From assembly GCA_051883655.1 (NCBI GenBank), contig JBJEUD010000085.1, positions 3,100 through 67,099 on the forward strand: DNA of 64,000 nt, given 5' to 3'. A model generated the notes under the pieces. The model was not told the DNA's origin, searched no databases, and was given only the letters and a program-made list of their open reading frames with translations. This DNA is from Candidatus Faecivicinus sp. (lineage in GTDB: Bacteria > Bacillota > Clostridia > Christensenellales > Aristaeellaceae). Below are positions 46,411-55,475 of the stretch, in pieces. Both the position numbers and the translations under genes were made by a program. Position 1 is the first letter of the stretch. Every line of letters begins with the position of its first letter.

Positions 46411-47598
46411 TCAGTCCTCAACGCTGATGGTCATGTACATCATGCTCTTGCGGGGAATGCCCTGCTCGTCCTTGACGCGGAAATCGCTGTACACCAGCGC
46501 AGCAGTGCGGTCGTCAAGGGCGACCATGTTGGTGTAGCAGCAACTGGCAGTGTTCAGAGTGTGCCCAGGATAGGGTTCGGGTTCGCGGATGGATTCGAGA
46601 ATTTCGATGGGCTCGTTCCACTTCAGGCATGCGGGATCATCGGTAGCGCGTACGCGGATGCCGGGCCGGCCGTAGGTCGCCAGCGTCACGCCACACTTCA
46701 GCGTCAGCAGGCAGGGCCATACGCCCAGCCAGTCGAACTTCTCGGGATCGGACCATGTATAGCCGCCGTCGGTGGATCGGGTGAAATAGCACGGACCGGG
46801 ATCGATCACGCTGCCATTGGTGCGGATCAGGCGAATCATGGAGCCGTCGGGCGCGAAGGTGATGTCGTTTTCGCCGTAGCCCTCATAATTGAACGCCTGA
46901 GGATCCACGTCGGTGTCCGGCTTGTACAGCAGGCTGCTGGTCATCTCCCAGGTGCGGCCTTCGTCGGTGGACTTGAACAGATAATTGCACAGATAGGGAA
47001 TGTAAGCGCCGTTCTTCGGATCGGTGCCTGCCAGATAGTAGTGGGGCATCCACAGCGCGCCGTCGGGTGCGATGCGCAGGCGGCCGCGGGGGGATGGCGG
47101 CACGAACACGCCCTGACAGCTGCGCATCATGAAGTAAGGCTGGTTGACCTTGGATTCTTCATGGACGCCGGTGGGATGCTCATCGTTGGAGCGGACAAAG
47201 ATCCAGCCATGATTGCAGAAATCAATCTCGTCCGCGGCGTAAATCGTGTGTCCCAGCCAAGTGGTGCGTCCCAAAGGCCTGGGCAGTCTGAGGCCTTCCA
47301 TCGGAATGGAAGGGCCTGTCCATGGGGACAGCACATCGCCGTTCGGCAGCTTTACGCCCAGCTGGCCTTTATAGTGGTCGGGATCGTCCTGCGCCCACGT
47401 CCTGCCGCCGTCGGTACTCACGCAGCAGCCGGGCTTGCTGCCGTAGGCGGTTTCAGAGTCGGCACAGATACTGAAGGTGTACACCAGCTTGCCGTCGTCC
47501 AGCTTGTGGATACTGGGAAATTGATAGCTTCCCCAGCCTGCGAAGCGCGCGTCAGGTCCCTGCGATACGACGACGGGTTTGGAAAAGCGAAGCTTCAT
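46411..47598 (-). CDS. BNR/Asp-box repeat protein, sialidase-like beta-propeller, no signal peptide
   Basis: Asp-boxes STDGGRTW, STDEGRTW and STDGGYTW. The N-terminus MKLRFSKPVVVSQG is not a signal peptide. Confidence 0.75.
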   Translation of the reverse strand: MKLRFSKPVVVSQGPDARFAGWGSYQFPSIHKLDDGKLVYTFSICADSETAYGSKPGCCVSTDGGRTWAQDDPDHYKGQLGVKLPNGDVLSPWTGPSIPMEGLRLPRPLGRTTWLGHTIYAADEIDFCNHGWIFVRSNDEHPTGVHEESKVNQPYFMMRSCQGVFVPPSPRGRLRIAPDGALWMPHYYLAGTDPKNGAYIPYLCNYLFKSTDEGRTWEMTSSLLYKPDTDVDPQAFNYEGYGENDITFAPDGSMIRLIRTNGSVIDPGPCYFTRSTDGGYTWSDPEKFDWLGVWPCLLTLKCGVTLATYGRPGIRVRATDDPACLKWNEPIEILESIREPEPYPGHTLNTASCCYTNMVALDDRTAALVYSDFRVKDEQGIPRKSMMYMTISVED

Positions 47599-47616
47599 AT
47601 CTCGTTTTGCCTCCTG

Positions 47617-48519
47617 TCAGGATTCATACATGAACGGAACGGTCCATGCGCTGCCGCGCTCGCGGGTGCAGATTTCCTGCTCGTTGGCCCATGCGAGATG
47701 GCGGTCGGAGACGGGCAACAGGTCGTACAGATCCGGGGTAGCGGGCACAAAGGCTTCAGCATAGCCGGTGCGGTTGTGGTGGCCGTAGGCACCCTCGTTG
47801 ACCTCGGTGCGGCGCAGAGCGTAGCGTCCGCCGTACTGCTGGCTGACCATGCAGTTCAACGCCTTGACCTTCTTGTCGATCACCTCCGTGATGTCCACAT
47901 AGATCGGAACAAAGGGCATGTGCATCGCGCCCAGGAAGCTGTAGCACTGGGTCATGGGAGAGGCGATCATGTAGAACTGGCGAGCGACGCGCCAGCCAGG
48001 GGTGTTGGTTTCGTAGTCGGTGGTGCCGGCGAGCGCAAGAGCGTGATTGACGATCTTTGCGCTGGTAGCATGCTGGTTGCCGATGCCGCCGCCTTCGAGG
48101 GGATAGTGGTTGATGACGATCTGGGGACGAACCTTGCGGATGGTCTGAGCCACGGCGCGGATCATCTCAGGATCCTCCACGATGATGCTGTCGTCAAAGC
48201 CAAGGAAGATCACGTCTTCCTGCGGAATGCCAAAGCAGGCGCATGCTTCGATGACCTCCTGCTCCTTGTTGCTCTTGCGCGCCGTCTTGATGGAATCGAG
48301 ATTGGCTTGTTCCTCGGCAGTTACCTTGCGCTTTCTGAACTCCTCAGAGAGCACAGTATCGTGGATGCGAAGACCGCCGGTGAGAGAGGCGCAAACCACG
48401 CGATCGCCCGCGGCAACGTGGCAGGCCATCGTACCTCCGCAGTGGTCGAACACATCTGCGGGATGGGCGCCGATGACAAGGATGGTGAGCTTTTGACGGT
48501 TCTGGCCTTGATTTTCCAT
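47617..48519 (-). CDS. PIG-L/LmbE family deacetylase
   Basis: LTILVIGAHPADVFDHCGGT opening, typical of PIG-L N-deacetylases; 300 aa. Confidence 0.75.
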   Translation of the reverse strand: MENQGQNRQKLTILVIGAHPADVFDHCGGTMACHVAAGDRVVCASLTGGLRIHDTVLSEEFRKRKVTAEEQANLDSIKTARKSNKEQEVIEACACFGIPQEDVIFLGFDDSIIVEDPEMIRAVAQTIRKVRPQIVINHYPLEGGGIGNQHATSAKIVNHALALAGTTDYETNTPGWRVARQFYMIASPMTQCYSFLGAMHMPFVPIYVDITEVIDKKVKALNCMVSQQYGGRYALRRTEVNEGAYGHHNRTGYAEAFVPATPDLYDLLPVSDRHLAWANEQEICTRERGSAWTVPFMYES

Positions 48520-48552
48520 GATTGAACTCCTCCAGACCTGTGTTTTGTGCGA

Positions 48553-49359
48553 TTATTTGCCCAGTTCGTCCAGTAGCTCATAGAAGCCTCTGCGCTTTTC
48601 GCGATAGAAGCTGGTCAGGGCGCTTACATCGGAGCCGAGGTTCAGCAGCTGGAAGCCCTCGTCAATGAATATGCGGGGGTCGTCCGTGCAGACGGTGCCC
48701 AGTGCCTTGCCGTATTTGCGGGCGGTCTTTGCGATGCGCTTGCGGGCAGCGATCACGTCTTCGTGGTTGACGTTGTCGCCGTGACCGATGGCGTGAGAGA
48801 AATCGCCGGGGCCGAAGAAGAGGATATCATAGCCCGGCAAATCGCAGATCGCCTCGAGATCCTTTTCCAGGGGCTCGGGATCCTCGATCTGCAGAATGAC
48901 CATTTTGTTTTCGTTGGACTGGCGCAGGTATTCGACGGTGGGCAGCATGCCGTACTGGCCGTCGCCATTGCCGCCGTCGATGGGGCGACGTCCGACAGGA
49001 TAGAAGCGAACCTGATTGATCAGCGCCTTTACATCCTCAAGGGACATGATGTGGGGCACCATGATCCCCGTGGCGTCTGCCTCAAGAGGGCGTATGTAAT
49101 CACTGTAGGAGCCGCGGGGAACGCGCACCAGCAGGTCGGTATCATGTGCCTTGCACACGGCGATCTGGGATTTGATCGTGTCAATGCCCAGCGGACAGTG
49201 CTCCATGCAGGTCCACACGCAGTCAAATCCGCTCATGGCGGCAATCTCGGTGGCCTCCTGACCGGAAACGTTCACTTTGATGGAGCAGGCGATTTTATTG
49301 GCGCGGATCTTGTCCAGCACCTTGCTGCGCCGAATGGAGTAGGTCAATTCCTGGTACAT
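48553..49359 (-). CDS. HpcH/HpaI family (class II, 2-keto-3-deoxy-acid) aldolase
   Basis: DCVWTCMEHCPLGIDT...LLVRVP...GIMVPHI...ILQIEDPE...DILFFGPGDFSHAIG is the HpcH/HpaI pattern. Confidence 0.8.
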   Translation of the reverse strand: MYQELTYSIRRSKVLDKIRANKIACSIKVNVSGQEATEIAAMSGFDCVWTCMEHCPLGIDTIKSQIAVCKAHDTDLLVRVPRGSYSDYIRPLEADATGIMVPHIMSLEDVKALINQVRFYPVGRRPIDGGNGDGQYGMLPTVEYLRQSNENKMVILQIEDPEPLEKDLEAICDLPGYDILFFGPGDFSHAIGHGDNVNHEDVIAARKRIAKTARKYGKALGTVCTDDPRIFIDEGFQLLNLGSDVSALTSFYREKRRGFYELLDELGK

Positions 49360-49368
49360 GCGCTTTTC

Positions 49369-50481
49369 TCATTCCTTTCCCGGGAGCTCCCATCGCGTAT
49401 ACATCAGCGTGCAGGGTTCATTCTCGACGGGTTTCTGATAGTACACTGTCAGGATGCTGTGATCTGCCAGTTCGACCGAGGCGGGATAGCCGAGGTCGCT
49501 GGAGGGTGCATTGGTATCGATGAGGTAGTCCATGTCCCACGACTGGCCGCCGTCGCGGCTGATCATGGCGGACTCGCCGAAGGGTTCTTTGCGACGGCCG
49601 TATACGCACACCAGCGCGCCGGAGGAATGCTGGATCAGATGGGGCGGGGAACCGCAGCAGCCGAGATCCCGTGCCACGGTCCACGTTCTTCCGCCGTCGG
49701 TGGACTCGGTCTGGAAGATGGTGAAGGGCTCGTGGTTGCGATAGCCCTCCGCGTGCTGATAGCGGATGTGGCCGATGAGTTTGCTGTCGGGCAGCTCAAT
49801 CACATGAGGCTCGAAGTAATTGTTGTTGTGAGTGCCTTCCGGCAGTGGGATGGCGGCCAGAGTTTCCCATGTTGCACCCTCGTCAGAGGAAATGCAGGCG
49901 TAGATTGCACCGCCGTCACCGATGGGCTCTTTGTTGATGAAGTCCTTGCCGAGGATCAGCAGTCGTCCGTCGCGCAGCTTTGCCGGGCCGTGGGGCGCGG
50001 TGACAGGGATGCGGTGGGGCTCGCCCCACGTGACGCCGCCGTCTTCGCTCAGTCGGCAGAAGGAACCGGCGTACTTCTCGTTCAGCGCATCGGTGTAGTG
50101 CATGGTCATGGCGTCAAATACCGCCTTCTGCTGATCGCTGAGGCTCTCTCTCGCATGGATATAGCGGGAGAGATACTTGGTTTCGAGGTTGAACCATGTC
50201 AGCAGCAGCTTGCTGCCGCCGAGGTAAAGAATGCCAGCATCGCGATCGTCCAGAGGCGTGTCGTTGACGATAATTGGGCCGAGCCATGTTTTGCCGTCGT
50301 TGCGGCTGATGTACATTGTGGTCTTTCCGCAGAAGCACAGATGGCTCATGCGCATGCCGGAAGCCACGGCGATGAGGGTACCATCCGGGAGCCGCTCGAC
50401 GGAGGGCCATGCAGTGTAACCAAAGATGGACTCCGGATTTCGGCAGATGCAGCCCTTATCGAGGATTTTTACTTTTTTCAT
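49369..50481 (-). CDS. BNR/Asp-box repeat protein, sialidase-like beta-propeller, no signal peptide
   Basis: Five Asp-boxes: SRNDGKTW, SEDGGVTW, SSDEGATW, STDGGRTW, SRDGGQSW. AGGAGA SD lies 9 nt upstream of the ATG at 50481. Confidence 0.75.
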   Translation of the reverse strand: MKKVKILDKGCICRNPESIFGYTAWPSVERLPDGTLIAVASGMRMSHLCFCGKTTMYISRNDGKTWLGPIIVNDTPLDDRDAGILYLGGSKLLLTWFNLETKYLSRYIHARESLSDQQKAVFDAMTMHYTDALNEKYAGSFCRLSEDGGVTWGEPHRIPVTAPHGPAKLRDGRLLILGKDFINKEPIGDGGAIYACISSDEGATWETLAAIPLPEGTHNNNYFEPHVIELPDSKLIGHIRYQHAEGYRNHEPFTIFQTESTDGGRTWTVARDLGCCGSPPHLIQHSSGALVCVYGRRKEPFGESAMISRDGGQSWDMDYLIDTNAPSSDLGYPASVELADHSILTVYYQKPVENEPCTLMYTRWELPGKE

Positions 50482-50550
50482 TACATTCATTCTCCTGGAA
50501 ATTGCGGGAGTATCCAAGGATCTCCCGCAGTATCAGTTGGAATGCAGTTG

Positions 50551-52041
50551 TTATTTGGCGAGCATCTCTTCATATTCGGCAATGATGTCATCCAAACCGG
50601 CAGCGCTCAGGTCGGCGAGGTAGCCATCCCAGGCTTCGTCGATATCGATATTGCCCATCAAGGCGTCGGCGTAGAAGGTGTCGGCGACGGTGGAAACGTC
50701 AGCGCCGTACCAGGTGTTGGCTTCATTCTCGCCGGAAACGTAGAAGTTCTTGCCGTGATAGACGACAGGATTTGCCTGAGCGATGGCGTGCGACTCGACG
50801 TACTCGGTCATGACTTCCTTGTTGTACTCCTCAAAGGACTTGGGCTGCATGCCCCACCAGTAGCCAACGCCTTCTGCCATAAGCGCTGCGTTGTCGGTGA
50901 TGAGCTTCTTGTAGTAGCCGTCAACCTTCTCATAGTGCACGCCTTCGGTGCCGAAGTACATGTAGTCATACAGCTCGGAATCGGATGCCATGGCCTCCTT
51001 GATTTCCATGATCTTGATGCACTCTTCATCGGTGGTGTCGTAGCCGAACATGAAGGCGCCCTGATTGCCGAGGGCAGAGGGGTAGTCAACGTAGGAGCCG
51101 CCTCCCTCGAATGCGGGCATGTAAGAGATCACAGCATCGGGGTTCTGGTCGGTGACCATGTTCTGCAGAATGCCGGAGGAGCACCAGGAGGCGTTGTCAG
51201 GCAGCACGCCGAACAGGCCCTGGCCCCACTTTTCACGCTGCTTGGTGCGGTCGTCCGTGATGGTTTCGGGATCGATGATGCCCTCCTTGTACCAGCTCTG
51301 CAGGAGTTTCATGACTTCCTTGTACGCCTCGGTAGCGCTGGTATAGACCACAGAGCCATCTTCCTGAGCATAGTAGGAATTCTTCATGATGCCATAGGCG
51401 CCGAAGACGTAGTTGAAGTAGTAGCGGCCGTTGCCGTTCATGCCATAGGTGTCGTCCACGCCGTTCCCATCGGGATCGTCATAGGTGAAGGCATACAGCA
51501 TGTCGTGGAACTCTTCTACATTGGTGGGCATGGACAGGCCCAGATTGTCCAGCCAGTCCTGACGAACCAGGAAGATGCCGGGCTCCATGAAGTTGGCCAT
51601 GACCAGCGGAACAGCGTACAGCTCGCCGTCCACGGAGCACTGGTCAATCAGCGTCTGAACGTCGCCGCCAACCAGGGAAGCAGCCTTCTCCATCCAGGTG
51701 GGCATGTACTGTTCGAGCCATTCAACGGGAATGGAACGGGCAAGTCCCTGCTCCACACAGGTGTTGAACTGATCTGCGCCGAGGGTGAGGTTCAGCACGT
51801 CGAACTCGCCGCCGCCGGAGAGCCACAGATTGAACTGTTCCTCATCCATTGCGTCAATGGACGGAAACTCGAGGTTGACGTTGAAGCGCTCCTCCAGATA
51901 GAGCTCACGCTCCTGATCCGGCTGGGGAGACTGGGAATAGCCCACCCAGGTGATCGTCAGGCGCTCTTCTTCCGCAGAGGCGATCGCTGCCATGGAGAGA
52001 ATGAGCATGAGAGCCAGTACGATGGAAAGGAACTTTTTCAT
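50551..52041 (-). CDS. Extracellular solute-binding protein (large LplA-type carbohydrate binding protein)
   Basis: Signal peptide MKKFLSIVLALMLILSMAAIASA; 496 aa. Lies upstream of the enzymes and downstream of the two permeases. Confidence 0.8.
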   Translation of the reverse strand: MKKFLSIVLALMLILSMAAIASAEEERLTITWVGYSQSPQPDQERELYLEERFNVNLEFPSIDAMDEEQFNLWLSGGGEFDVLNLTLGADQFNTCVEQGLARSIPVEWLEQYMPTWMEKAASLVGGDVQTLIDQCSVDGELYAVPLVMANFMEPGIFLVRQDWLDNLGLSMPTNVEEFHDMLYAFTYDDPDGNGVDDTYGMNGNGRYYFNYVFGAYGIMKNSYYAQEDGSVVYTSATEAYKEVMKLLQSWYKEGIIDPETITDDRTKQREKWGQGLFGVLPDNASWCSSGILQNMVTDQNPDAVISYMPAFEGGGSYVDYPSALGNQGAFMFGYDTTDEECIKIMEIKEAMASDSELYDYMYFGTEGVHYEKVDGYYKKLITDNAALMAEGVGYWWGMQPKSFEEYNKEVMTEYVESHAIAQANPVVYHGKNFYVSGENEANTWYGADVSTVADTFYADALMGNIDIDEAWDGYLADLSAAGLDDIIAEYEEMLAK

Positions 52042-52096
52042 GGGGTTACCTCCTTCTTATTGATCCCGCTTGCCTGCGGGATAGCTACATAATGGA

Positions 52097-52978
52097 TTAT
52101 CCCTTCAGCGCGCCGACCATAACGCCTTTGACGAAATATTTCTGCAGGAAGGGATACACCAGCAGAATCGGGCCGAGAGAAATCACAATGGTGGCAGCGC
52201 GAACCGACGAGGACGCTACGTTGGCATCCACCATCAGCGAGTTTTCATTCATGCCCTGTGCTTCGATTACCATCTCGCGCACCAGCAGCGCCAGGGGTTT
52301 CATGTCCGGAGCGTTCGTGTAGAGCATGGCGTCGAAATAGGCATTCCACTGTCCGACCGCGACCCATAGCGCCAGCACTGCGAGGATGGGCTTGGACAGC
52401 GGCAACAGGATCTGGAAGATGATGCGCAGCGGGTGCGCGCCGTCGATGGCGGCGGATTCCTCCAGTTCGTAGGGCAGGCTCTGGACGAAGTTGCGGGCAA
52501 TGACCAGGTTCCATGCAGAGGTCAGTCCGGGCAAAATCAGCGCCCAGCGGGAGCCGATCAGACCGAGATTCTTGATCAGCAGATAACCGGGAATCAATCC
52601 GCCACTGAAGAACATGGTGAATACAATCAGGAAGGTGATGACATTCTTGAACGGCATGCCGCGGCGGCTCAGACCGTATGCGCCGAAGTAGGTGAGCATG
52701 ACGTGCAGGCTGGTGGTGGCGACGGTGCGGATGATGGTGTTCTTATAAGCGGACCAGATCTGGTTCCTGCCGAATACATACCGGTAGGCGGCGAGACTCC
52801 ATTCCTTGGGCCAGAACTTGAAGCCGATGCTGTCGGCAGTTCTGGAAGATGAAAAGGATTGAACCACAGTTGTCCACAGCGGGTACAGGAAGGCAAAACT
52901 GAAAATGACCATGATGACGGAAATCACTGCGATCATGATCTTGTCCGAATTGGTGCGGCGATGCATCATCATTACCAT
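52097..52978 (-). CDS. Carbohydrate ABC transporter permease (LplC-type)
   Basis: 6 TM helices and the EAA-type loop ESAAIDGAHPLRIIFQILLPLSKP. Confidence 0.88.
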   Translation of the reverse strand: MVMMMHRRTNSDKIMIAVISVIMVIFSFAFLYPLWTTVVQSFSSSRTADSIGFKFWPKEWSLAAYRYVFGRNQIWSAYKNTIIRTVATTSLHVMLTYFGAYGLSRRGMPFKNVITFLIVFTMFFSGGLIPGYLLIKNLGLIGSRWALILPGLTSAWNLVIARNFVQSLPYELEESAAIDGAHPLRIIFQILLPLSKPILAVLALWVAVGQWNAYFDAMLYTNAPDMKPLALLVREMVIEAQGMNENSLMVDANVASSSVRAATIVISLGPILLVYPFLQKYFVKGVMVGALKG

Positions 52979-53922
52979 ATGCCCCCTTCCCCGTGGCTAA
53001 GCTTCTTGGCCGCCCAGTTTGTTGCGATGACCAGTACAAAACCAATCCCGTTTTTGAAAAGGCTGATGGCGGTGGACAGACTGTAATCCATCTTGCCCTC
53101 AAGGCCCACGCGGTAGGCGTAGGTATCGATGATGTCGCCGGTCTCGTAAAGCAGTGAGTTGTAGGTGTTGAAAACCTGATCAAAACCGCCGCTGAGGATG
53201 CCGCCGATGGACATGATCAGCTGGATGGAAACAACGCTCATGATGGACGGCAGCGTGATGTACCACATGCACTTCAGGCGGCTCGCGCCGTCGATGGCTG
53301 CAGCCTCATATTGCTCCGTAGGGATGCCGGCGATGGCGGCCAGATAGATGACGGAGCTCCATCCCATCTCCTTCCATATTCCTGAGATGACCAGTATCGA
53401 TCGGTAGTATCTCGAATCCGCCATGAAGTAGACCGGCTCGAAGCCCAGCAGCTGCAGCAGGTAGTTGACTGCGCCGCGGGTAGGGCTGAGCAATTCGGTG
53501 ATGATACCTCCCAGAATGACCCACGAGATAAAGTGGGGCAGATAGGAGATGGTCTGCACTGTCTTTTTGAATTTGCTGCTGGTTATTTCATTCAGCATCA
53601 GCGCAAAGAGAATGGGCATAGGGAATCCGAAGATGATGCGGTAAACGCTGATCAGGAGGGTGTTGCGCACTGTTCGCAGGAACATCGCGCTGCCGAACAG
53701 GCGCTCAAAGTTGGTAAATCCAATCCATGGCGAGCCGAGAATGCCCTTTCGGATGGCGTATTTCTTGAATGCCAGCACAATGCCGTACATCGGCACGTAA
53801 TGAAAGAGGATGAAGAATGCAATGACAGGAATCAGCAGGATGTAAGCCCATCTGTACTTGTACATGGTTCGCAGAAGGCTTGTTTTGTTTCTGAGGGTGG
53901 TTGGCACAGACGGGTTGCTCAT
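52972..53922 (-). CDS. Carbohydrate ABC transporter permease (LplB-type)
   Basis: YRWAYILLIPVIAFFILFHYVPMYGIVLAFK and the EAA loop EAAAIDGASRLKCMWYITLPSI. Confidence 0.88.
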   Translation of the reverse strand: MSNPSVPTTLRNKTSLLRTMYKYRWAYILLIPVIAFFILFHYVPMYGIVLAFKKYAIRKGILGSPWIGFTNFERLFGSAMFLRTVRNTLLISVYRIIFGFPMPILFALMLNEITSSKFKKTVQTISYLPHFISWVILGGIITELLSPTRGAVNYLLQLLGFEPVYFMADSRYYRSILVISGIWKEMGWSSVIYLAAIAGIPTEQYEAAAIDGASRLKCMWYITLPSIMSVVSIQLIMSIGGILSGGFDQVFNTYNSLLYETGDIIDTYAYRVGLEGKMDYSLSTAISLFKNGIGFVLVIATNWAAKKLSHGEGGIW

Positions 53923-53971
53923 TTGCGCTCACAACTCCTTTGCAGTGGATATGAATACGTCTTTGAACCGG

Positions 53972-55024
53972 TCAGGTTTTGCGGATGACGAACTCCGGCA
54001 CAAAGTTGCGCACGGTGATCGGGTGTGCTTCGTCGCCCTCGATGCGGCGAATCAGCTGCTGAATGGCGCTCTTGCCGATGCGCTCCACAGGAAAGGAGAT
54101 GCTGGTCAGCGGTGGATTATGTATTTTGGAAAGCATGGTATCATTGATTCCTACCAGCGAAAGCTCGCCGGGAATGCTCTTGCCGCTCTCGGTGATGACG
54201 TCTCTCAGATGCACCATCACGTTGTCCGGGGCGACGATGCTGTCATATTCGTCGCTGAGCGCCTTCAGCTTCATGCGGATTTCGCGGATGTCGTTGCTCC
54301 ATTCGATCAGATATCGAGGATCCCGCTCCAATTCGTAGCGCTCGGCGAACTCCTCGTAGGCATCCAGTTCCTCCTGGACGAACTTCGCGGAATCGTGCAG
54401 CACGATGACGGTTTTGCGCTTGCCGGTGGTATACAGATAGTCCAGCGCGTTTTCCATGCCCCTCTTCAGGTCCATGGAATAGGTGTCGGTCTCGATGCCG
54501 GGCAAGCTGCGGTTGATGCACACAGTAGGGATCTGATTCAGCAGCGCGTGCACCCGCTGCATGTCGCCAATGAACTTGGGATCGTCCTTCGGCGGAACAA
54601 TGAGAAGCCCGACCGCGCCGGCATCGATCAGATGCTCGAGACTGTCGCAGAATACGTCGTAGCGCTCGGAGTGGTTTACCAGTGAAAGATAGTAATCCAC
54701 CGGAAGATTCTTCTGAATGTGCTCCAGAATCATGTTTTCAACGCGCATACCCACGCAGAAATCAAACATCATTACGCCGATCATGCGGTTTTTGTGGGGC
54801 GTGTGAATCACATAGGTGCCATTGCCCTCGCGCACGGTGGCGAGACCTTCGTTTACCAGCATGGCGATGGCGGTGTTGACGGTGTTCTTGCTCATGCCGT
54901 ATTCATCTGCCAGTGCGCGGATGGAGGGCAGCTTGCTGTCTTCTCCGTACTTGCCTTCAGCAATGTCGTTTTTCAGAATTTCATAAAGCTGGCGGGCTTT
55001 GCCCATAGTGACAATTTGTTTCAT
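53972..55024 (-). CDS. GntR-family HTH regulator fused to a LacI/PBP1-type sugar-binding domain
   Basis: ARQLYEILKNDIAEGKYGEDSKLPSIRALADEYGMSKNTVNTAIAMLVNEGL (GntR HTH), followed by a periplasmic-binding-protein-like domain of about 270 aa. Confidence 0.85.
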   Translation of the reverse strand: MKQIVTMGKARQLYEILKNDIAEGKYGEDSKLPSIRALADEYGMSKNTVNTAIAMLVNEGLATVREGNGTYVIHTPHKNRMIGVMMFDFCVGMRVENMILEHIQKNLPVDYYLSLVNHSERYDVFCDSLEHLIDAGAVGLLIVPPKDDPKFIGDMQRVHALLNQIPTVCINRSLPGIETDTYSMDLKRGMENALDYLYTTGKRKTVIVLHDSAKFVQEELDAYEEFAERYELERDPRYLIEWSNDIREIRMKLKALSDEYDSIVAPDNVMVHLRDVITESGKSIPGELSLVGINDTMLSKIHNPPLTSISFPVERIGKSAIQQLIRRIEGDEAHPITVRNFVPEFVIRKT

Positions 55025-55099
55025 GTAAAGAAGCTCCATTCGATGCGGATTGATGGATAAGGTGGGTGAGTCATGTTCGAGTGTCCCAATTAATAGGCC

Positions 55100-55116
55100 A
55101 AGTGTCTTATACACTT
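55100..55116 (-). promoter_or_regulatory. Palindrome, candidate GntR-type operator
   Basis: AAGTGTcttatACACTT (GT-N-AC type with an AT-rich centre), immediately downstream of the -10 of the GntR promoter. Confidence 0.35.
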
Positions 55117-55144
55117 ATTATAACAGATTCTTCACATCTGTCAA
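55117..55144 (-). promoter_or_regulatory. Sigma-A-like promoter (extended -10) of the GntR/ABC/BNR operon
   Basis: Minus strand: TTGACA (55144-55139), 16 nt ending in TGT, TATAAT (55122-55117). Confidence 0.55.
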
Positions 55145-55217
55145 TAGAGAATTTTGATTGAGACCACAGAAAGATTGCATCTTGCCCCTTTCCCAAAGGA
55201 ATCCTTTCCTTCGGTAC

Positions 55218-55385
55218 TTCGGCGCAAACACGATGTGCGTCGTTGTCCCGGAACCTGCGCCGCCGGTTCTGACCAATCGTCGTCGCGTCCGGCGCCGTCT
55301 CCGTCAAATTCAGCCCGCAAAACCGCTTGTTCGCGCTGTTGTCGTTGATCTCTTCCTCCAACCGCGCTTCAGACTTGACCCCGTT
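55218..55385 (-). mobile_element. Remnant of an IS5/IS1182-type transposase N-terminal (DUF772-like) region
   Basis: The translated segment GVKSEARLEEEINDNSANKRFCGLNLTETAPDATTIGQNRRRRF parallels the conserved GLSD.ELEE.L.D....R.FLGL.L.D.VPDHST..RFR.RL block. No catalytic domain and no inverted repeats were seen. Confidence 0.5.
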
Positions 55386-55446
55386 TTTTCGCATAATGAT
55401 GACCGTTGACTTTGGTTTGTCAACGGTCTGCTGTGATAGGTATTGT

Positions 55447-55475
55447 TTGCATTTTGAAAACAGGCATGCTATAAT
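55447..55475 (+). promoter_or_regulatory. Sigma-A-like promoter for the AraC-family gene
   Basis: TTGCAT (55447-55452), 17 nt, TATAAT (55470-55475). SD AAGGGGGA. Confidence 0.6.

Noticed and set aside
48763-52092. 1109-aa plus-strand ORF, the largest in the track.
   Set aside because: It runs antisense across four well-supported minus-strand genes (aldolase, BNR protein, binding protein, start of permease). It has no SD, no domain pattern and an artefact-like composition.
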